Shown: positions 18,255 through 29,401 of the stretch, piece by piece
Numbering within the stretch: the first letter of the stretch is position 1
Layout of the letters: each line of letters begins with the position of its first letter
Notes under the pieces: generated by a model
Told to the model about the DNA's origin: nothing
What the model saw: only the letters and a program-made list of their open reading frames with translations
Databases searched by the model: none
Source: an uncultured archaeon
Lineage (GTDB): Archaea; Thermoproteota; Nitrososphaeria; Nitrososphaerales; Gagatemarchaeaceae
DNA: 64,000 nucleotides
NCBI GenBank assembly: GCA_963799775.1
Contig: CAWCYD010000002.1
Coordinates: forward strand, 256,001-320,000
Direction of reading: 5' to 3'
Translations under genes and position numbers: made by a program

Positions 18255-19030
18255 CTAGGCCTTCTCTTTCACCGTCTCGCGCGAGTTCCAGAGGAACTGG
18301 AAGTAGTCCCTCGCGAAGCTAGCCAGGCCCGGATGGTGTGCCCAGATGGCGAGAGCCGAGTTCGCTCCCTTCCCTCCGCCCCCTCCAAGCAGGAGGACGA
18401 CGTCCTTCGAGTCCGCTATCACCCCTCCCCCGAACATGGTCTTCCTGGTTCGGACCTCCGCGCTCGCGGAGAGCGCCGAGAGCGAGTCTTCCGGGAGGTC
18501 GCCTGATGTGAGGATCGATATTTTCACGCCTCTCTCCTTCACGGCTGTGAGGAGGGTGGCCACCTGGTCTGCGTACGGGGCAATCCCGACGGGTAGTGCG
18601 ATGAGCAGCTCGTCCCTTGAGTTGACCACCGTGCTCTTGACCCTCGAGAGTATCTCGGCCGTCCCCCTCATGATCCAGACGTCCGGCCGTTCCTGCTCCC
18701 CCTTCTTCTCGAAGATGGTGGTCAGCTCGGCAAGCGCTACCTTCTCCAGCTCTCGGGCCTTCGTCTCGTGCTGCGACCTGAGCTCCTCGAGGGCGCCCTC
18801 GGGGGGCTTGGCGGTGTAGAGGATGGGCCTGCTGTGCTGCCTCTCGACCCAGCCCTTCTCGTGCAGCGCTTCGAGCGTGTCATAGACCTTGGAGTAGGGG
18901 CCCTCGCGGCCCTGCTCACCTCGCTCGCCGTCATCGTCCCAGCCTCGAGCAACGCCGCGTATGTCCGGATCTCGGTCTTGGTGAGTCCCAGGCCTTTGAG
19001 GGCAGAGAGGGCCTTCTCGCTGACGCTCAT
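18255..19030 (-). CDS. TrmB family transcriptional regulator (frameshifted)
   Basis: LKGLGLTKTEIRTYAALL...SKVYDTL N-terminus plus a C-terminal effector-binding domain. Confidence 0.85.
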
Positions 19031-19065
19031 CTCAGGCTCACCCTCTTGTCAGCTTGCCCGCGCGG

Positions 19066-19572
19066 TCAACCTGTCGCCGCATAGACCATGCATGCGACGA
19101 TGAGAAACAGGACGACCAGGCCGATCGCCGATGTCACCCTCAACCTGGCGGCCGCCTTCGTCAATCCTGCCGGGGGGGCGGACGCGGGGTTCTTCATCAT
19201 CTCCTTGGTGAACCAGACGACCCTTCGCGCCGCCGGCGTGACGAGCCCGAAACCTATCCCCCATGCCACTAGAGACAAGAGGGCCCCTATGGAGATGAAC
19301 TCTCCGAAGGTGTTCGAGAAGGAGAAGATGTTCGTGTTCCCGTGCGATATGTAGAGGGCGAGCGCGAGACCGAATATGGGCGTGATCAGCGTGAAGACCT
19401 GAACCCAGACGATGTACTTGGGGAACAGCTTGACTATCAGCTCGCCCCTCGAGGCCGGCGACAAGGTAGGGAGCGTCGGGCCTATCAGCATCCCGAAGAC
19501 CATGGCAGCCCCCATCCAACCGACTGCGCCTACCAGGTGAAGCCAGAGGAGCACGTCGAAGCCTAGTGACAC
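19066..19572 (-). CDS. Four-TM membrane protein (CopD/DUF2269-like)
   Basis: LHLVGAVGWMG motif and four TM helices. Confidence 0.65.
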   Translation of the reverse strand: MSLGFDVLLWLHLVGAVGWMGAAMVFGMLIGPTLPTLSPASRGELIVKLFPKYIVWVQVFTLITPIFGLALALYISHGNTNIFSFSNTFGEFISIGALLSLVAWGIGFGLVTPAARRVVWFTKEMMKNPASAPPAGLTKAAARLRVTSAIGLVVLFLIVACMVYAATG

Positions 19573-19608
19573 GATTCGCCACTTCCCTGTCGGACTAATA
19601 AGCAGTGC

Positions 19609-20547
19609 TCAAAAAACTGGGACGAGGAGCGCCGCCAAGGCGAAGGCGACCACCGGTATCACGACCCATGAAGCGACCACCTCAAGGAGGATTCTGCGGT
19701 TGATGATGGAGATCCTCTTCGTAAAGGCAGCTCCCAACATCCCGCCGATGAGGCACTGCGTTATCGACACGGGGATGCTGAGCTGCGTCGCGAGCCACAT
19801 CATGACTATCGTCCCTGTGAAGGCCGCAAGGACCCCCTGTGGGGACAGCGACAGCAGCCTGTCGCCCACCGTCCCTGCGACGTTCCCTCTCCCAAAGAGG
19901 GCCATCGCCACTATGGCGACGGCCGCGAGGATGAGGAGGTCCGTGATGGAGCCGGAGCTCTGGGTGCTTCCAAAGGCCGTTCCATAGATCAACCCAATGT
20001 TGTTCGCGCTAAGGACGTATGCCAGCGCGAGAGAGACGAGGACCACGCCCGCTCTGTCGAAGGCGTCGACCGAGAGCAGACTGATGTTGGCGGTCGCCCT
20101 CTCGATGGCTCTGTAGGCCACGAAGGTGACGGCCATCGTCGCGAGCGGCGCTCCGGCCCAGAAGAGCACGATCGTGGCCACGTCTTCACCTCGAATTATC
20201 GTAGAGGATGCGAAGGCCGCCCCCAAGAATGCTCCAACCATGGTGATGCTGAACGCCACTGGGATGGATGCGAGGGTCAACACCAGGGTCAGCGCTATCG
20301 AGATCGCCATCGTCGCCAAGATGATCGGGTCCGACGCCTGGCTCGAGATCGTCTTCGTGAGGCTCCCGTGCATCTGCGAGCCTTGTATCGCGACGCCCAG
20401 AATCATCCCTATCGAGCAGAGGGCGGTGGACTGCAGACCCGTGAGCGTGCCCGAGCCTCTCTGGTTGCCGATCAGGATGGAGCTGTTGTTCCAGCCGAAG
20501 ATGAAGGTGAGTATCCCCGCGAGGAGGAGAGCGAGGTTCTCATCCAT
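19609..20547 (-). CDS. Inorganic phosphate transporter (PiT family)
   Basis: GWNN and SANN signature repeats, PVSITQ; coupled to a DUF47 gene. Confidence 0.85.
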   Translation of the reverse strand: MDENLALLLAGILTFIFGWNNSSILIGNQRGSGTLTGLQSTALCSIGMILGVAIQGSQMHGSLTKTISSQASDPIILATMAISIALTLVLTLASIPVAFSITMVGAFLGAAFASSTIIRGEDVATIVLFWAGAPLATMAVTFVAYRAIERATANISLLSVDAFDRAGVVLVSLALAYVLSANNIGLIYGTAFGSTQSSGSITDLLILAAVAIVAMALFGRGNVAGTVGDRLLSLSPQGVLAAFTGTIVMMWLATQLSIPVSITQCLIGGMLGAAFTKRISIINRRILLEVVASWVVIPVVAFALAALLVPVF

Positions 20548-21218
20548 AGCCTTTCGCGACTAGGACCATCACGACGTCACTGGCGTGCTCCGCGTTGTCC
20601 GCGACGTCGTCTGCGCAGAAGACGAAATCCCTGACCAGTATCACGGTCAGGGGATCGATGCCCCGGGACCTGTCGAACAGCGCGGTCAGAATCTTTTGCT
20701 TGAACCCGTCCGCAGCCTCCTCGTAGTCCTCCACCGCTCGCACTCGCTCGACGACCGTCTTGCGGTCTATCCGGAACGCCTCGATGAGACTTTGGAGCGC
20801 GACCACGGCCATGTCGAGGTTCGAGAGGAACTGCCTCATGTCCTCGGACCGCAGGATCTCCTTCGCGTTAGCGTCGGTGATCTCAGCGAGAGTTATCAGC
20901 CGGGCGGCGTCCTTCGCCTTGTCGGCTATCTTCTCTATCTTGTCGAGAAGGTTGAGGATGTCCTCCCTGACGCCGCCGAAGAACGCCCCCTCCGCTATCC
21001 TCGCGCTCAAATCCCGCTTTGTGGCTGCGCACTTGGCCTCCATCTCGAAGACCTCGTCCCTCTTGCTCATGGAGGACGGCCAGTCCCCGTCTGCCACGGC
21101 CTCGACGAGACCCGGAATCCCCTGCTCGGTCTCCCTCACGATGCTCAGGGCCCTCGTGTAGCCGGCTGAGGATGTCGCCCTCCTTCCTGCTGAACGAGAT
21201 CCCTGGAAGACTCACCAA
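20540..21218 (-). CDS. DUF47 phosphate transport regulator (frameshift near 5' end)
   Basis: REDILNLLDKIEKIAD, EEAADG, DDVADNAEHASD. Confidence 0.85.
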
Positions 21219-21311
21219 CGACGCTCGCCTTGCGACGACCCGCGATACTTAAGCTAGGTATCGCAACCGTGTCGACAAGCGGCCCCTTCCGGGAACCCGT
21301 TCCCCTCGGGT

Positions 21312-21854
21312 CTATCCTTGTTCGCCGGTCGGGATGGGCCCGAAAGTTATGTTCCACTCCTCGAAACTTATGAGCCACGTCCCGCTTTGTCTGACGTAGT
21401 CGACGTGGGTGGTGACCAGGGCGGTCTGGAAGTTCTCGTCGGAGTCGTACCCTTGAATGACAAAAGTGGAATTCAGAGTCGCCTGGTTTCCGTTGACGCT
21501 GACTGTGTAGTTCTCGTGGGAGATCGTGGGGAGCGCAAAGTATAGGAAGATTGCGCCGAAGCCGTTCCCTATGTTCTGCAGGCCGGTGAAGTTGCCGGTG
21601 TTGTCGCCTGCTTGGGTGGGGTCGACAAAGATTACACTGGCGTCTGGCGTGAATGCCTGCTCTATCCCTGAGACGTTCATGTAATGCACATCGAGAAGGT
21701 GAGCAGTGTAACTGGACTCGATCGCCGCCTTCGAGTCGACCGCCCCGGGGAGAAATCCGCCCGAGGACTCGAAGACTGCGACTGCTGCGATCGCCACGAC
21801 CGCGAGGACGCAAAGGACGATGATCGCTCTAGGATGCTTCGCTTTGCCGAGCAA
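21312..21854 (-). CDS. Membrane-anchored NTF2/SnoaL-like protein (paralog 1)
   Basis: N-terminal TM; HL....MN...FTPDA; WLISFEEWN. Confidence 0.75.
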   Translation of the reverse strand: MLGKAKHPRAIIVLCVLAVVAIAAVAVFESSGGFLPGAVDSKAAIESSYTAHLLDVHYMNVSGIEQAFTPDASVIFVDPTQAGDNTGNFTGLQNIGNGFGAIFLYFALPTISHENYTVSVNGNQATLNSTFVIQGYDSDENFQTALVTTHVDYVRQSGTWLISFEEWNITFGPIPTGEQG

Positions 21855-21980
21855 GTGAGAGGCGCCATCTCGAACCTATGCCGCAGATAAGAAGGATTCG
21901 CCCCCGGGGCCTTCTCACAGCAAATTCAGAAAATACGACTATTGCATAAGATAAATACCGACCAAGAGGCTGTAAAGCCC

Positions 21981-23119
21981 GTGCAACGGACGCTGTCATC
22001 CTCCTCCGCGCCCACCGTTGACATCGAGCCAGAGACGATGGAAGAGGAGGGACCGACCGGCCCTTGGCCACGCTCCTCGGCACTGCTTGTAGTCCTCATC
22101 GTCGCCTTTGTCTTCGGCGCTCTCTCGTTCTTGCCTCTCGTGGGAGGTGTCCTCTTCTACCCTGCCGGGCTCCTTAGTCCTTCCCCGGACTTCATCACGA
22201 GGTCCGCCGCCGGGGACTTCCTGCAGATACTCTACCAGCTCCTTCTCGTCGAGCTTGGATACGTGATCGGGAAGAGGATCCTTTTCGAGAGGGACGGCCT
22301 CCTGCTCTTGCTGCCGGCTTACTTCGGAGCCGTCATCGGGTACCTCATCGGCATCCCAGGCCTAGAGTCGACGACCGTAGCCGGGGGAATCTATGTGTTC
22401 CAGACCAGCACGCTGGACTCTACCCATGTCGCATCAGCCTTCCTCAACTCACCGACGCTGATGGGGATGCTCATAGCCGGAGTAGGGCTCGCGTTCGTCT
22501 TCGGAAGGAGGTCCTCAGCACTCTCGATGCCGGGCGCGGAGGATGAGCTGACGAGCACGATTCGTCTGCTCCTCGTGTTCCTGGCGGGCGCTCTCCTGGC
22601 GTTTCTCGCGTACCTCATGCCGCCGATATTCTACGTGATCTTCAAGTCAGCTTTGGGTCCGGGCGCGGCGACGACCGGGTCCCGTACACCATCGAGTCGA
22701 ACTCGAGCATCATCGCCAATCCAATCCTCTTCTTCTTTCTCCTGTTCGCGGTAGGCAGTCGGGTGAAGCTATTCCGGGATACAGGCACGGTGATAATCAT
22801 GTTGTTCATCGCGGTGGTCGTCGGTGCTATCGCGGGCAACCCGATAGGAAGCTTCGTGACGTCATACGTCGCCATCGGGAGCGGCGCCTTCCCGAACTAT
22901 CTGGCCAACAGCACGGAGTTCACCACCTTCATAGCCTCTGTGGTCGCAGTCGGCTTTGCCGGGACGTTCCTAGGCTACTCCGCCATAGTCGAGTCGGGCA
23001 CGAGGACCCTTGTCAAGACCGGGAAAGTCCCCCCTCCCGCGCCCGAGGGAGAGGTCGCTCCTGCGCAAGAGGAGCCCCTGCCTGCAGCCACGGCAGCACC
23101 GGCACCTCCGGGCGCCTGA
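21981..23119 (+). CDS. Polytopic membrane protein (frameshifted)
   Basis: Two consecutive hydrophobic ORFs that join across about 22670. Confidence 0.65.
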
Positions 23120-23200
23120 GCATCCAGGCATCTGCCAGGACGCGGTCGCAGCTCTGCGCGAGGCAATGCGTATCTACGAGGAAGTCGCGTTGAGAGCTCT

Positions 23201-24223
23201 TTGACTGCCTCGGCCAAGGCGGACGGGCAAACACAAAGAAAGTTGAGGACCATCATCCTCCCCTACGCGATAGTAGCAGCTGCCTTCGGCGCGGTCGAAT
23301 ACGTTCTGGACTTGGTCCCAGGCTCCGTCTTGGGCGTCCAAAGCCCTTACTACGACGTCGTTGACGCGGCCGCTCGGGCCGTCCTGGTACCGTTCGCGCT
23401 CTTGGCGACCTTCTACGTCCTCGCCCGTCGGACACAGCCCGATCCGAGGCTATCGCACATCGCGATCGCAGCCTCGATCTTCCTCGGGACGCTCCTGGTC
23501 TTCGTGCCAGTCGATCTAGGCCGACAAATCACCGGGACGCCGCTGCCTGGCTTCACGATAGGCCAGACCGAGATCATCTCGATCGGTGACGCCGTCTCCT
23601 CCTCTATCAACCATGTCTTCATCGGCTTCTTCGCCGTCTTCCTCTGGGAGCTGCTCGAAAGGCCCCCCTCGATCTCTTCGGCCGGGGCGCTCCACGGGAC
23701 TGAAGACGTGTCGTTGGTAGGGGTCGTCATGGTCGGGGTGTACGCGTGGGAATACCTCGCGCAGGCCTACCAGTCGACCTACCAGTTGGGCGTGGGGAAC
23801 GTGCTCGCCTCGTCCCTCGCCTCCGTCCTGGGGGCGGGCTCGCCCGCCTACTACGTCGTCGCGATCTGGCAGCAGATCGTCCTTCTCATGCTGCTCCCGT
23901 TCGCGCTGTTCTTCCTACTCGCGTACAAGGAGAGGCTCAACCCGTTCGTCCAGTCTCGCAAGATCATGGCGACCATACTCCTATGGAGCCTCTTCTTGCG
24001 CGCCTTCACGTCATACTTCTATGTCTACTTCGTGCAGCTCCTCAAGCCCGGGGCCTTGGCCGGCCAATCCTTCGCAGCCACGCTCGCTTCCGAGCTGAAC
24101 GGCCCGAGCCTCATAGGGATACTCGTCTCCACGCTCGGGTTCCTCTTCCTTGGGTTTACGGCGATCGTCTTCGGCTACTATGCGCGCGAGCGCTCCGGGA
24201 AGGCCGAAGAGGCGCCGCGTTGA
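23201..24223 (+). CDS. Polytopic membrane protein
   Basis: About eight TM segments. Confidence 0.7.
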   Translation: MTASAKADGQTQRKLRTIILPYAIVAAAFGAVEYVLDLVPGSVLGVQSPYYDVVDAAARAVLVPFALLATFYVLARRTQPDPRLSHIAIAASIFLGTLLVFVPVDLGRQITGTPLPGFTIGQTEIISIGDAVSSSINHVFIGFFAVFLWELLERPPSISSAGALHGTEDVSLVGVVMVGVYAWEYLAQAYQSTYQLGVGNVLASSLASVLGAGSPAYYVVAIWQQIVLLMLLPFALFFLLAYKERLNPFVQSRKIMATILLWSLFLRAFTSYFYVYFVQLLKPGALAGQSFAATLASELNGPSLIGILVSTLGFLFLGFTAIVFGYYARERSGKAEEAPR

Positions 24224-24226
24224 GAT

Positions 24227-24799
24227 TCAGCCGTGGCTAGTGACGTCGGTGAAGTTCCACAGCTCCTGTGAGATCATCCAGTTGCCTCCCGTATTAAGAT
24301 AGGTGGCGTGTAGGTCCACGGATGCGTAGACATCAGACCCGTCTAGGTTCGTCCCCTCCACGTCGAAGGTCGAGTGCACCATAGCGACGCTCCCTGACAC
24401 ACTCACAGTGAAGTTGGCGTTGGTGATGTGGGGGATGACAAAATCGGACAAAAAGACTCCCGAGAACAAGCCCCCGATCTGTTCAGGACCATGACCCGTA
24501 TCGGAGATCGCCTTGCCCGCGCTCCCCCCCAGAAAGTAGTCGCCCACGCCGGGAGAGTAGAACTCGGTGGACGCGTTGGCGGTGTACTCACCTCTGAGTG
24601 CCGTGATGTTCATCGCCTCAATCTCGCCTAGGTGATTCGAGAAAGCCGCCCTGACTAGGCTCGACTGTGATGCTTGCGTTCCTGAGTTCAGGCCCGAAGG
24701 CTGGTTTGCGAACTCGACCACGCCGACAAATGCGATGACCGCGATGGTGGCGATTATGGCAAGGTAGACGAGCTTGGAGCGGCCACGCCGAGGTTCCAC
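24227..24799 (-). CDS. Membrane-anchored NTF2/SnoaL-like protein (paralog 2)
   Basis: HLGEIEAMN..YTANA..EFYS..STFDVEGTNL..WMISQELWNFT. Confidence 0.75.
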   Translation of the reverse strand: MEPRRGRSKLVYLAIIATIAVIAFVGVVEFANQPSGLNSGTQASQSSLVRAAFSNHLGEIEAMNITALRGEYTANASTEFYSPGVGDYFLGGSAGKAISDTGHGPEQIGGLFSGVFLSDFVIPHITNANFTVSVSGSVAMVHSTFDVEGTNLDGSDVYASVDLHATYLNTGGNWMISQELWNFTDVTSHG

Positions 24800-24984
24800 A
24801 GCTCCGAAACCAGGCCACTAGGATAAGAGTGATTCGCAGAGCAAAGAGTTCCGGTTATAGGCCCTCTCTAGCCGTTCTAAGCCATCCACTCTTCCTCAAG
24901 GTAGCTCAGGACTTTGTCCGCACACTCTCAGGAATACAGATGGAAGACTTGCGTCGGAGCCGCGCCTTTTGTGCTGGGTGCATC

Positions 24985-25566
24985 TCACCCCTGACTAGCG
25001 AACTGAGTGAAGTTCCACAGCTCATATGAGATAAGCCAACTCCCACCCGACCCCAGATAGGTCACATGGAGATTCACGGTTGCTTCGACTCCGGCCCCGT
25101 TTAGATTGGTGCCTTCGACGTCCAATGTCGAATTGACCGTTGCAACATTGCCGGCCAGGCTCACGGTGTAGTTATCTGTGGTGATGCTGGGGTCAGCGAA
25201 GTCTGCGAGAAGAACGCCAGAGAACAGTGTCTCGATCTGGTGAGGACCAGTCGCGTTCACTGAGATGTGGTCCGTGGCGTTGGAACCCGCGACGTATTCG
25301 CCTTCACCGGCGGAGTAGAATTCAGCCGTCGCGTTCTGCGCGTATTGACCCTGAATCGCGCTGAAGTTCATCGCTTGCAGGGAATCCAGATGGCTCGCGA
25401 AGACCGCGCCGACCTCGTCCGATGCATTGGCGCTCCCGTTCGTCGCTGATCTCGCAGGGCCACGTGGGGGATTCATGAACTCCGCTAGGCTGACAATTAG
25501 GACGATTCCGATGATTGATATCACGAAGGGAACGAAGAGTCTGGATCGTTTCTTCTGCGCCGCCAC
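24985..25566 (-). CDS. Membrane-anchored NTF2/SnoaL-like protein (paralog 3)
   Basis: HLDSLQAMN..YAQNA..EFYS..STLDVEGTNL..WLISYELWNFT; close paralog of the previous gene. Confidence 0.75.
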   Translation of the reverse strand: MAAQKKRSRLFVPFVISIIGIVLIVSLAEFMNPPRGPARSATNGSANASDEVGAVFASHLDSLQAMNFSAIQGQYAQNATAEFYSAGEGEYVAGSNATDHISVNATGPHQIETLFSGVLLADFADPSITTDNYTVSLAGNVATVNSTLDVEGTNLNGAGVEATVNLHVTYLGSGGSWLISYELWNFTQFASQG

Positions 25567-25784
25567 GGTCTGTGGACGCTCCCCGCCACGATAAGAGTGA
25601 TTCGCCCCGGGCGGAGGGCGCTGTCAAGTTAAGCGTTTTCGCCCCGCCTAACTTTCCCTACAGGCTAATCCCCATCCATGAAGTGTAACCTCAGCCGAGC
25701 CTTCATGTCTTATGAAGATTGGCATTGTGCATACGCTATGATTAATAATAAATACTTATATGATATTAACTGGAACGAGCGGGT

Positions 25785-25958
25785 ATGAGCACGGAACACA
25801 AGGAAGTAGACGCGATACATGACGAAGTACACGCAGTACACACAGTACACACAGAGGTAGACTCGCTGCACAAGGAGCTCGATAAGGTCCACAAGGAACT
25901 GGACAGGCTTCACAAGCTGGTGGATTCAGTCCACAAGGATGTTCTGCGAAAGAAGTGA
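25785..25958 (+). CDS. 57-aa His-heptad coiled-coil miniprotein (not in ORF track)
   Basis: MSTEHKEVDAIHDEVHAVHTVHTEVDSLHKELDKVHKELDRLHKLVDSVHKDVLRKK*; AT-rich promoter with CTTATAT about 25 nt upstream. Confidence 0.7.
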   Translation: MSTEHKEVDAIHDEVHAVHTVHTEVDSLHKELDKVHKELDRLHKLVDSVHKDVLRKK

Positions 25959-26229
25959 GTTTGCAACCCTAGGCTGCGTCCATCGCGCTCGTGGCGGGGG
26001 CCAAGCTCTACTCGTAGACAGAGTCAGATTGGCCACGGCCCCGCCTTTTTCTTTAACGGAGACGAACGACTCTAGTGATGAGCAGACAGAGTAGACTGCC
26101 AACCCCTAGCTTGACAGCGCCGGGCGCCGTGCCTCAAGATTCTAGAAGGGGCCAGTGCTGCTCCTGGACCGGGTGGAGGTTCATCGTCCCGCCATATCTC
26201 CGCCAAGGCTCTGATGCGACCAAGAACCT

Positions 26230-26688
26230 TTAGGAGTTCTTTGCCATCCATTTCTTCTCTTCGACGGTCGGCGTCAGCTTGTGACCGACAGACCACAGGA
26301 ACATCCTCGCCGTCGAGGGGCCGACGTGCTTGAACCTGCTCTGGATGTCGTCTTGGAGGCGCTTTTCATCCTTGCCGAACGAGGCGAGGTACTCCTTGAA
26401 GGATCCGAACTCCTTCCCGATCTTCAGGACCGCTCCCGCGTTGTGAACCGTCGCTCTAATCTTCCTCTCGTTCCTCACTATCTTCTCGTCCCTCATCAAC
26501 GACTTTACGTCCTTCTCTGTCATCTTCGCGACTTTCTGCGGCGCAAAGTCTGCGAACGCCTTTCGGAACCCGGGCCATTTCTTGTCGACCATGGACCAGC
26601 TCAACCCGCTCGTGAATAGGGTCTTGCTGAGCCTCTCAAAGTATCCGGCGTCGTCTTTGGGAGGGGTGACTTTCATCCCAGGAGGCAA
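26230..26688 (-). CDS. tag: DNA-3-methyladenine glycosylase I
   Basis: FE.L....FTSGLSW...KW..FRKAF..F, IVRNERKIRATVHNA, FKHVGPST. Confidence 0.85.
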   Translation of the reverse strand: MPPGMKVTPPKDDAGYFERLSKTLFTSGLSWSMVDKKWPGFRKAFADFAPQKVAKMTEKDVKSLMRDEKIVRNERKIRATVHNAGAVLKIGKEFGSFKEYLASFGKDEKRLQDDIQSRFKHVGPSTARMFLWSVGHKLTPTVEEKKWMAKNS

Positions 26689-26821
26689 GCTCGGGTCAGC
26701 TTGCCGACGTCATCTAAAAACCATTTCACACGTTGATGTGTCAGATTCGCTCACACTCTCCAAGCTCTCCGGATAGGGAGCGGGACGCCCTGTGTCAAAG
26801 GTCCATTGTGGGATGCGGACG

Positions 26822-27019
26822 TTACTTCTTTGAAGGGAGCACCATCTCGACGGCACTCTCTACCCTGAATCCCGATCTTCCTGGACCGAGATTCAGGTTT
26901 GCAATATTCTGCCTGACCATGTCAATGGCGTCCTGTTCTTCGTCGGCGCTTACGATGACGTGTCCAACCACATTGACGACAAAGGTCTTTGGCATGGCGA
27001 ACACCACCTGCGTCTTCAA
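26822..27019 (-). CDS. Small hypothetical protein
   Basis: 65-aa ORF with a beta-alpha-beta pattern. Confidence 0.4.
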   Translation of the reverse strand: MKTQVVFAMPKTFVVNVVGHVIVSADEEQDAIDMVRQNIANLNLGPGRSGFRVESAVEMVLPSKK

Positions 27020-27168
27020 TTAATGTCTTTGGGTCGCCCCTCTTGGGCGGCCATTCCTTTCCGAATTGCCCCTTACTTCTTAGGACCTGCAGTCACAGGG
27101 GCGGATTTCACTTTTCACCGTATAAGTAGTTAAAATCCTTATATTACATAGCTCGGCTACGTAGCCTA

Positions 27169-28844
27169 ATGGCTCAGATTGTAGACATCTCCCTTGACCT
27201 CCGAAAGGAGAGCGCAAAGGGTAGATTCATTCGGCAGACGCAATCGATCTGCCCGGATTGCAACAGGATCTTACCTGCTATCGTTTTCGAACGGGACAAC
27301 AAGGTCTTCATGACAAAGACGTGCCCGGAGCACGGAGAGACAGAGGAACTTTATTTCGGCGACTACCAGATGTATGCAAAGTTCGCTCGCTATTGGAAGG
27401 ACGGCAAGGGGACGCACGCGCCAAACGTCCCCATGGACGTCTGCTCCTGCCCGGCGAACTGCGGCCTCTGCTCGAACCACCTCTCTCACACGGGATTGTC
27501 GAACATCATCATCACGAACAGGTGCGACCTGACGTGCTGGTACTGCTTCTTCTACGTCAAGAAGGGTCTAGAGGGCGCCTACGTCTACGAGCCGACCCTC
27601 GACCAGGTCAGGGAGATGGCGATGGACGCTAAAGTCTGAGAGGCCCGTCCCCGGGAACTCCGTCCAGCTCACAGGCGGCGAGCCCACGATCAGGCCCGAA
27701 CTTCCTCAGATCATCAGGATGATGCACGAGGAGGGCATCGACCACGTCCAGCTCAACACCAACGGCATCAACCTGGCGCTAGACCCATCCCTCGCAGGGC
27801 GTCTCAGCGAGGCGGGAGTCTCGAACCTGTACATGTCCTTCGACGGGACGTCGCCGAAGACCAACCCGAAGAACCACTGGGAGGCACCCTACACTCTAGA
27901 GGCCTGCAGGAAGAACGGCATCGGCGTGGTGCTAGTCCCGACGGTCATCAAGTCGGTCAACGACCATGAGCTCGGCTCGATAATCGACTTTGGGCACAAG
28001 TACCTCGGAACTGTCCACGCGGTGAACTTCCAGCCTGTCTCCCTCACGGGCAGGATGACGAAGAGGGAGAGGGACAAGTACCGCATCACGATACCCGACT
28101 GCATCAAGAGGATCGAGGAGCAGACCAACGGCGAGATAACGTCCGACGGCTGGTTCCCTGTCCCGTCGTGCTCGCCGCTGACGAGCTTCATCGAGGCCTT
28201 CACGAAGAAGGAGCAGTACGAGCTCTCCATACACTTCGCGTGTGGAGCGGGCACCTACGTCTTCGAGGATGCAGAGACGAAGAGGCTCGTCCCGCTGACG
28301 AACTTCGTCGACATCCAAGGGCTCATCGAGTACCTCGAGGAGAAGACGGAGGAGATCTACTCGGGCACGAACAGGTACGTCGTAGCTGGCAAGGTCCATC
28401 ACGCAGATATCGCGCTTCGTCAACAAGGAGAAGCAGCCAAAGGGCATGAGCTTCGCGAAGATGATCTCCAACGCGCTGATCAGGCATGACTACTCGGCGA
28501 TCGGGGACTTCCACACGAAGAGCATGTTCATCGGAATGATGCATTTTCAAGACAAATATAACCAGGACGAAGAGAGACTACAGCGCTGCGACATCCACTA
28601 TCTGACGCCCGACCTCCGCATCATTCCCTTCTGCAGCTTCAACGTCATACCGGAGTGGTACAGGGACAGGATCCAGCAAAAGTTCGGCATGCCCATCGAG
28701 CAGTGGGAGGCACAGAACCACCGCAAGCTAGAGGACGGGCTCTACCGTGGAACCCTGAGGCGCGGCACCCACCACGCGGGCTGCGGATGCGCCCTCGGCG
28801 AGAACGGCGAGGAAGTCCACATCCAGCCGATTACGGGCACCTAA
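27169..28844 (+). CDS. tes: Tetraether lipid synthase Tes (GDGT macrocyclase, MJ0619-type radical SAM); two frameshifts
   Basis: N-terminal SICPDC...KTCPEHG, CPANCGLC..H..HT, radical SAM CDLTCWYC, GGEPT, NFQPVS, HFACG, and C-terminal RCDIHY..PD..IPFCSFN. Confidence 0.85.
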
Positions 28845-28984
28845 AGAGCAATCGCGCGCCGTAGGGGCGCCTTGCAATGGGTCGGGACGGAAAAGTTTCG
28901 CCCTCCGTTTTGGTTCCTAGCGCGCTCGGCGGTTCGAGGTTATATCCTCTGACCGAAGTTAGAATGTAGAGCTCAGAGTTTGCC

Positions 28985-29401
28985 ATGAACGACGAAATCA
29001 GCTATCCCACGATGAAACAGATCGAGCGCCTGTATGGTAGGGTCATTGAAATGACAGGCGGGGAAAGCGGCTACCTGAGCAAGTCGAACTTGGAGTACCT
29101 GCTGGAGACCGTCAGGGACGTCGGCGAGAGACTGGACAGGAAGCGCGCGATCATCAAGAAGGCGGCCTTCTTGCTCTACAACATCGTGGTACTTCATCCG
29201 TTCGTCAATGGGAACAAGAGGACGGCTTACGAGCTTGTCAGGCTCTTCTTGCAAGCGAACGGTTACGATATTGTCGCCAGCTCCGAGGATGAATATGAAT
29301 ATCTTCTCGACGTGGCAAGCGGCAAAGACTCTGCGGCAGGTGTCGAGCGCTGGATAGCAACGAATTTAGCAGACGTCGGAAGACGAGTATCTCGAGAGTA
29401 G
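28985..29401 (+). CDS. Fic/Doc (death-on-curing) family toxin
   Basis: HPFVNGNKRT motif; the Lys is Doc-type. Confidence 0.9.
   Translation: MNDEISYPTMKQIERLYGRVIEMTGGESGYLSKSNLEYLLETVRDVGERLDRKRAIIKKAAFLLYNIVVLHPFVNGNKRTAYELVRLFLQANGYDIVASSEDEYEYLLDVASGKDSAAGVERWIATNLADVGRRVSRE

Noticed and set aside
25710-25913. Minus-strand ORF with VYCVY repeats
   Set aside because: Antisense of the His-heptad gene, which has the properly placed TATA box.
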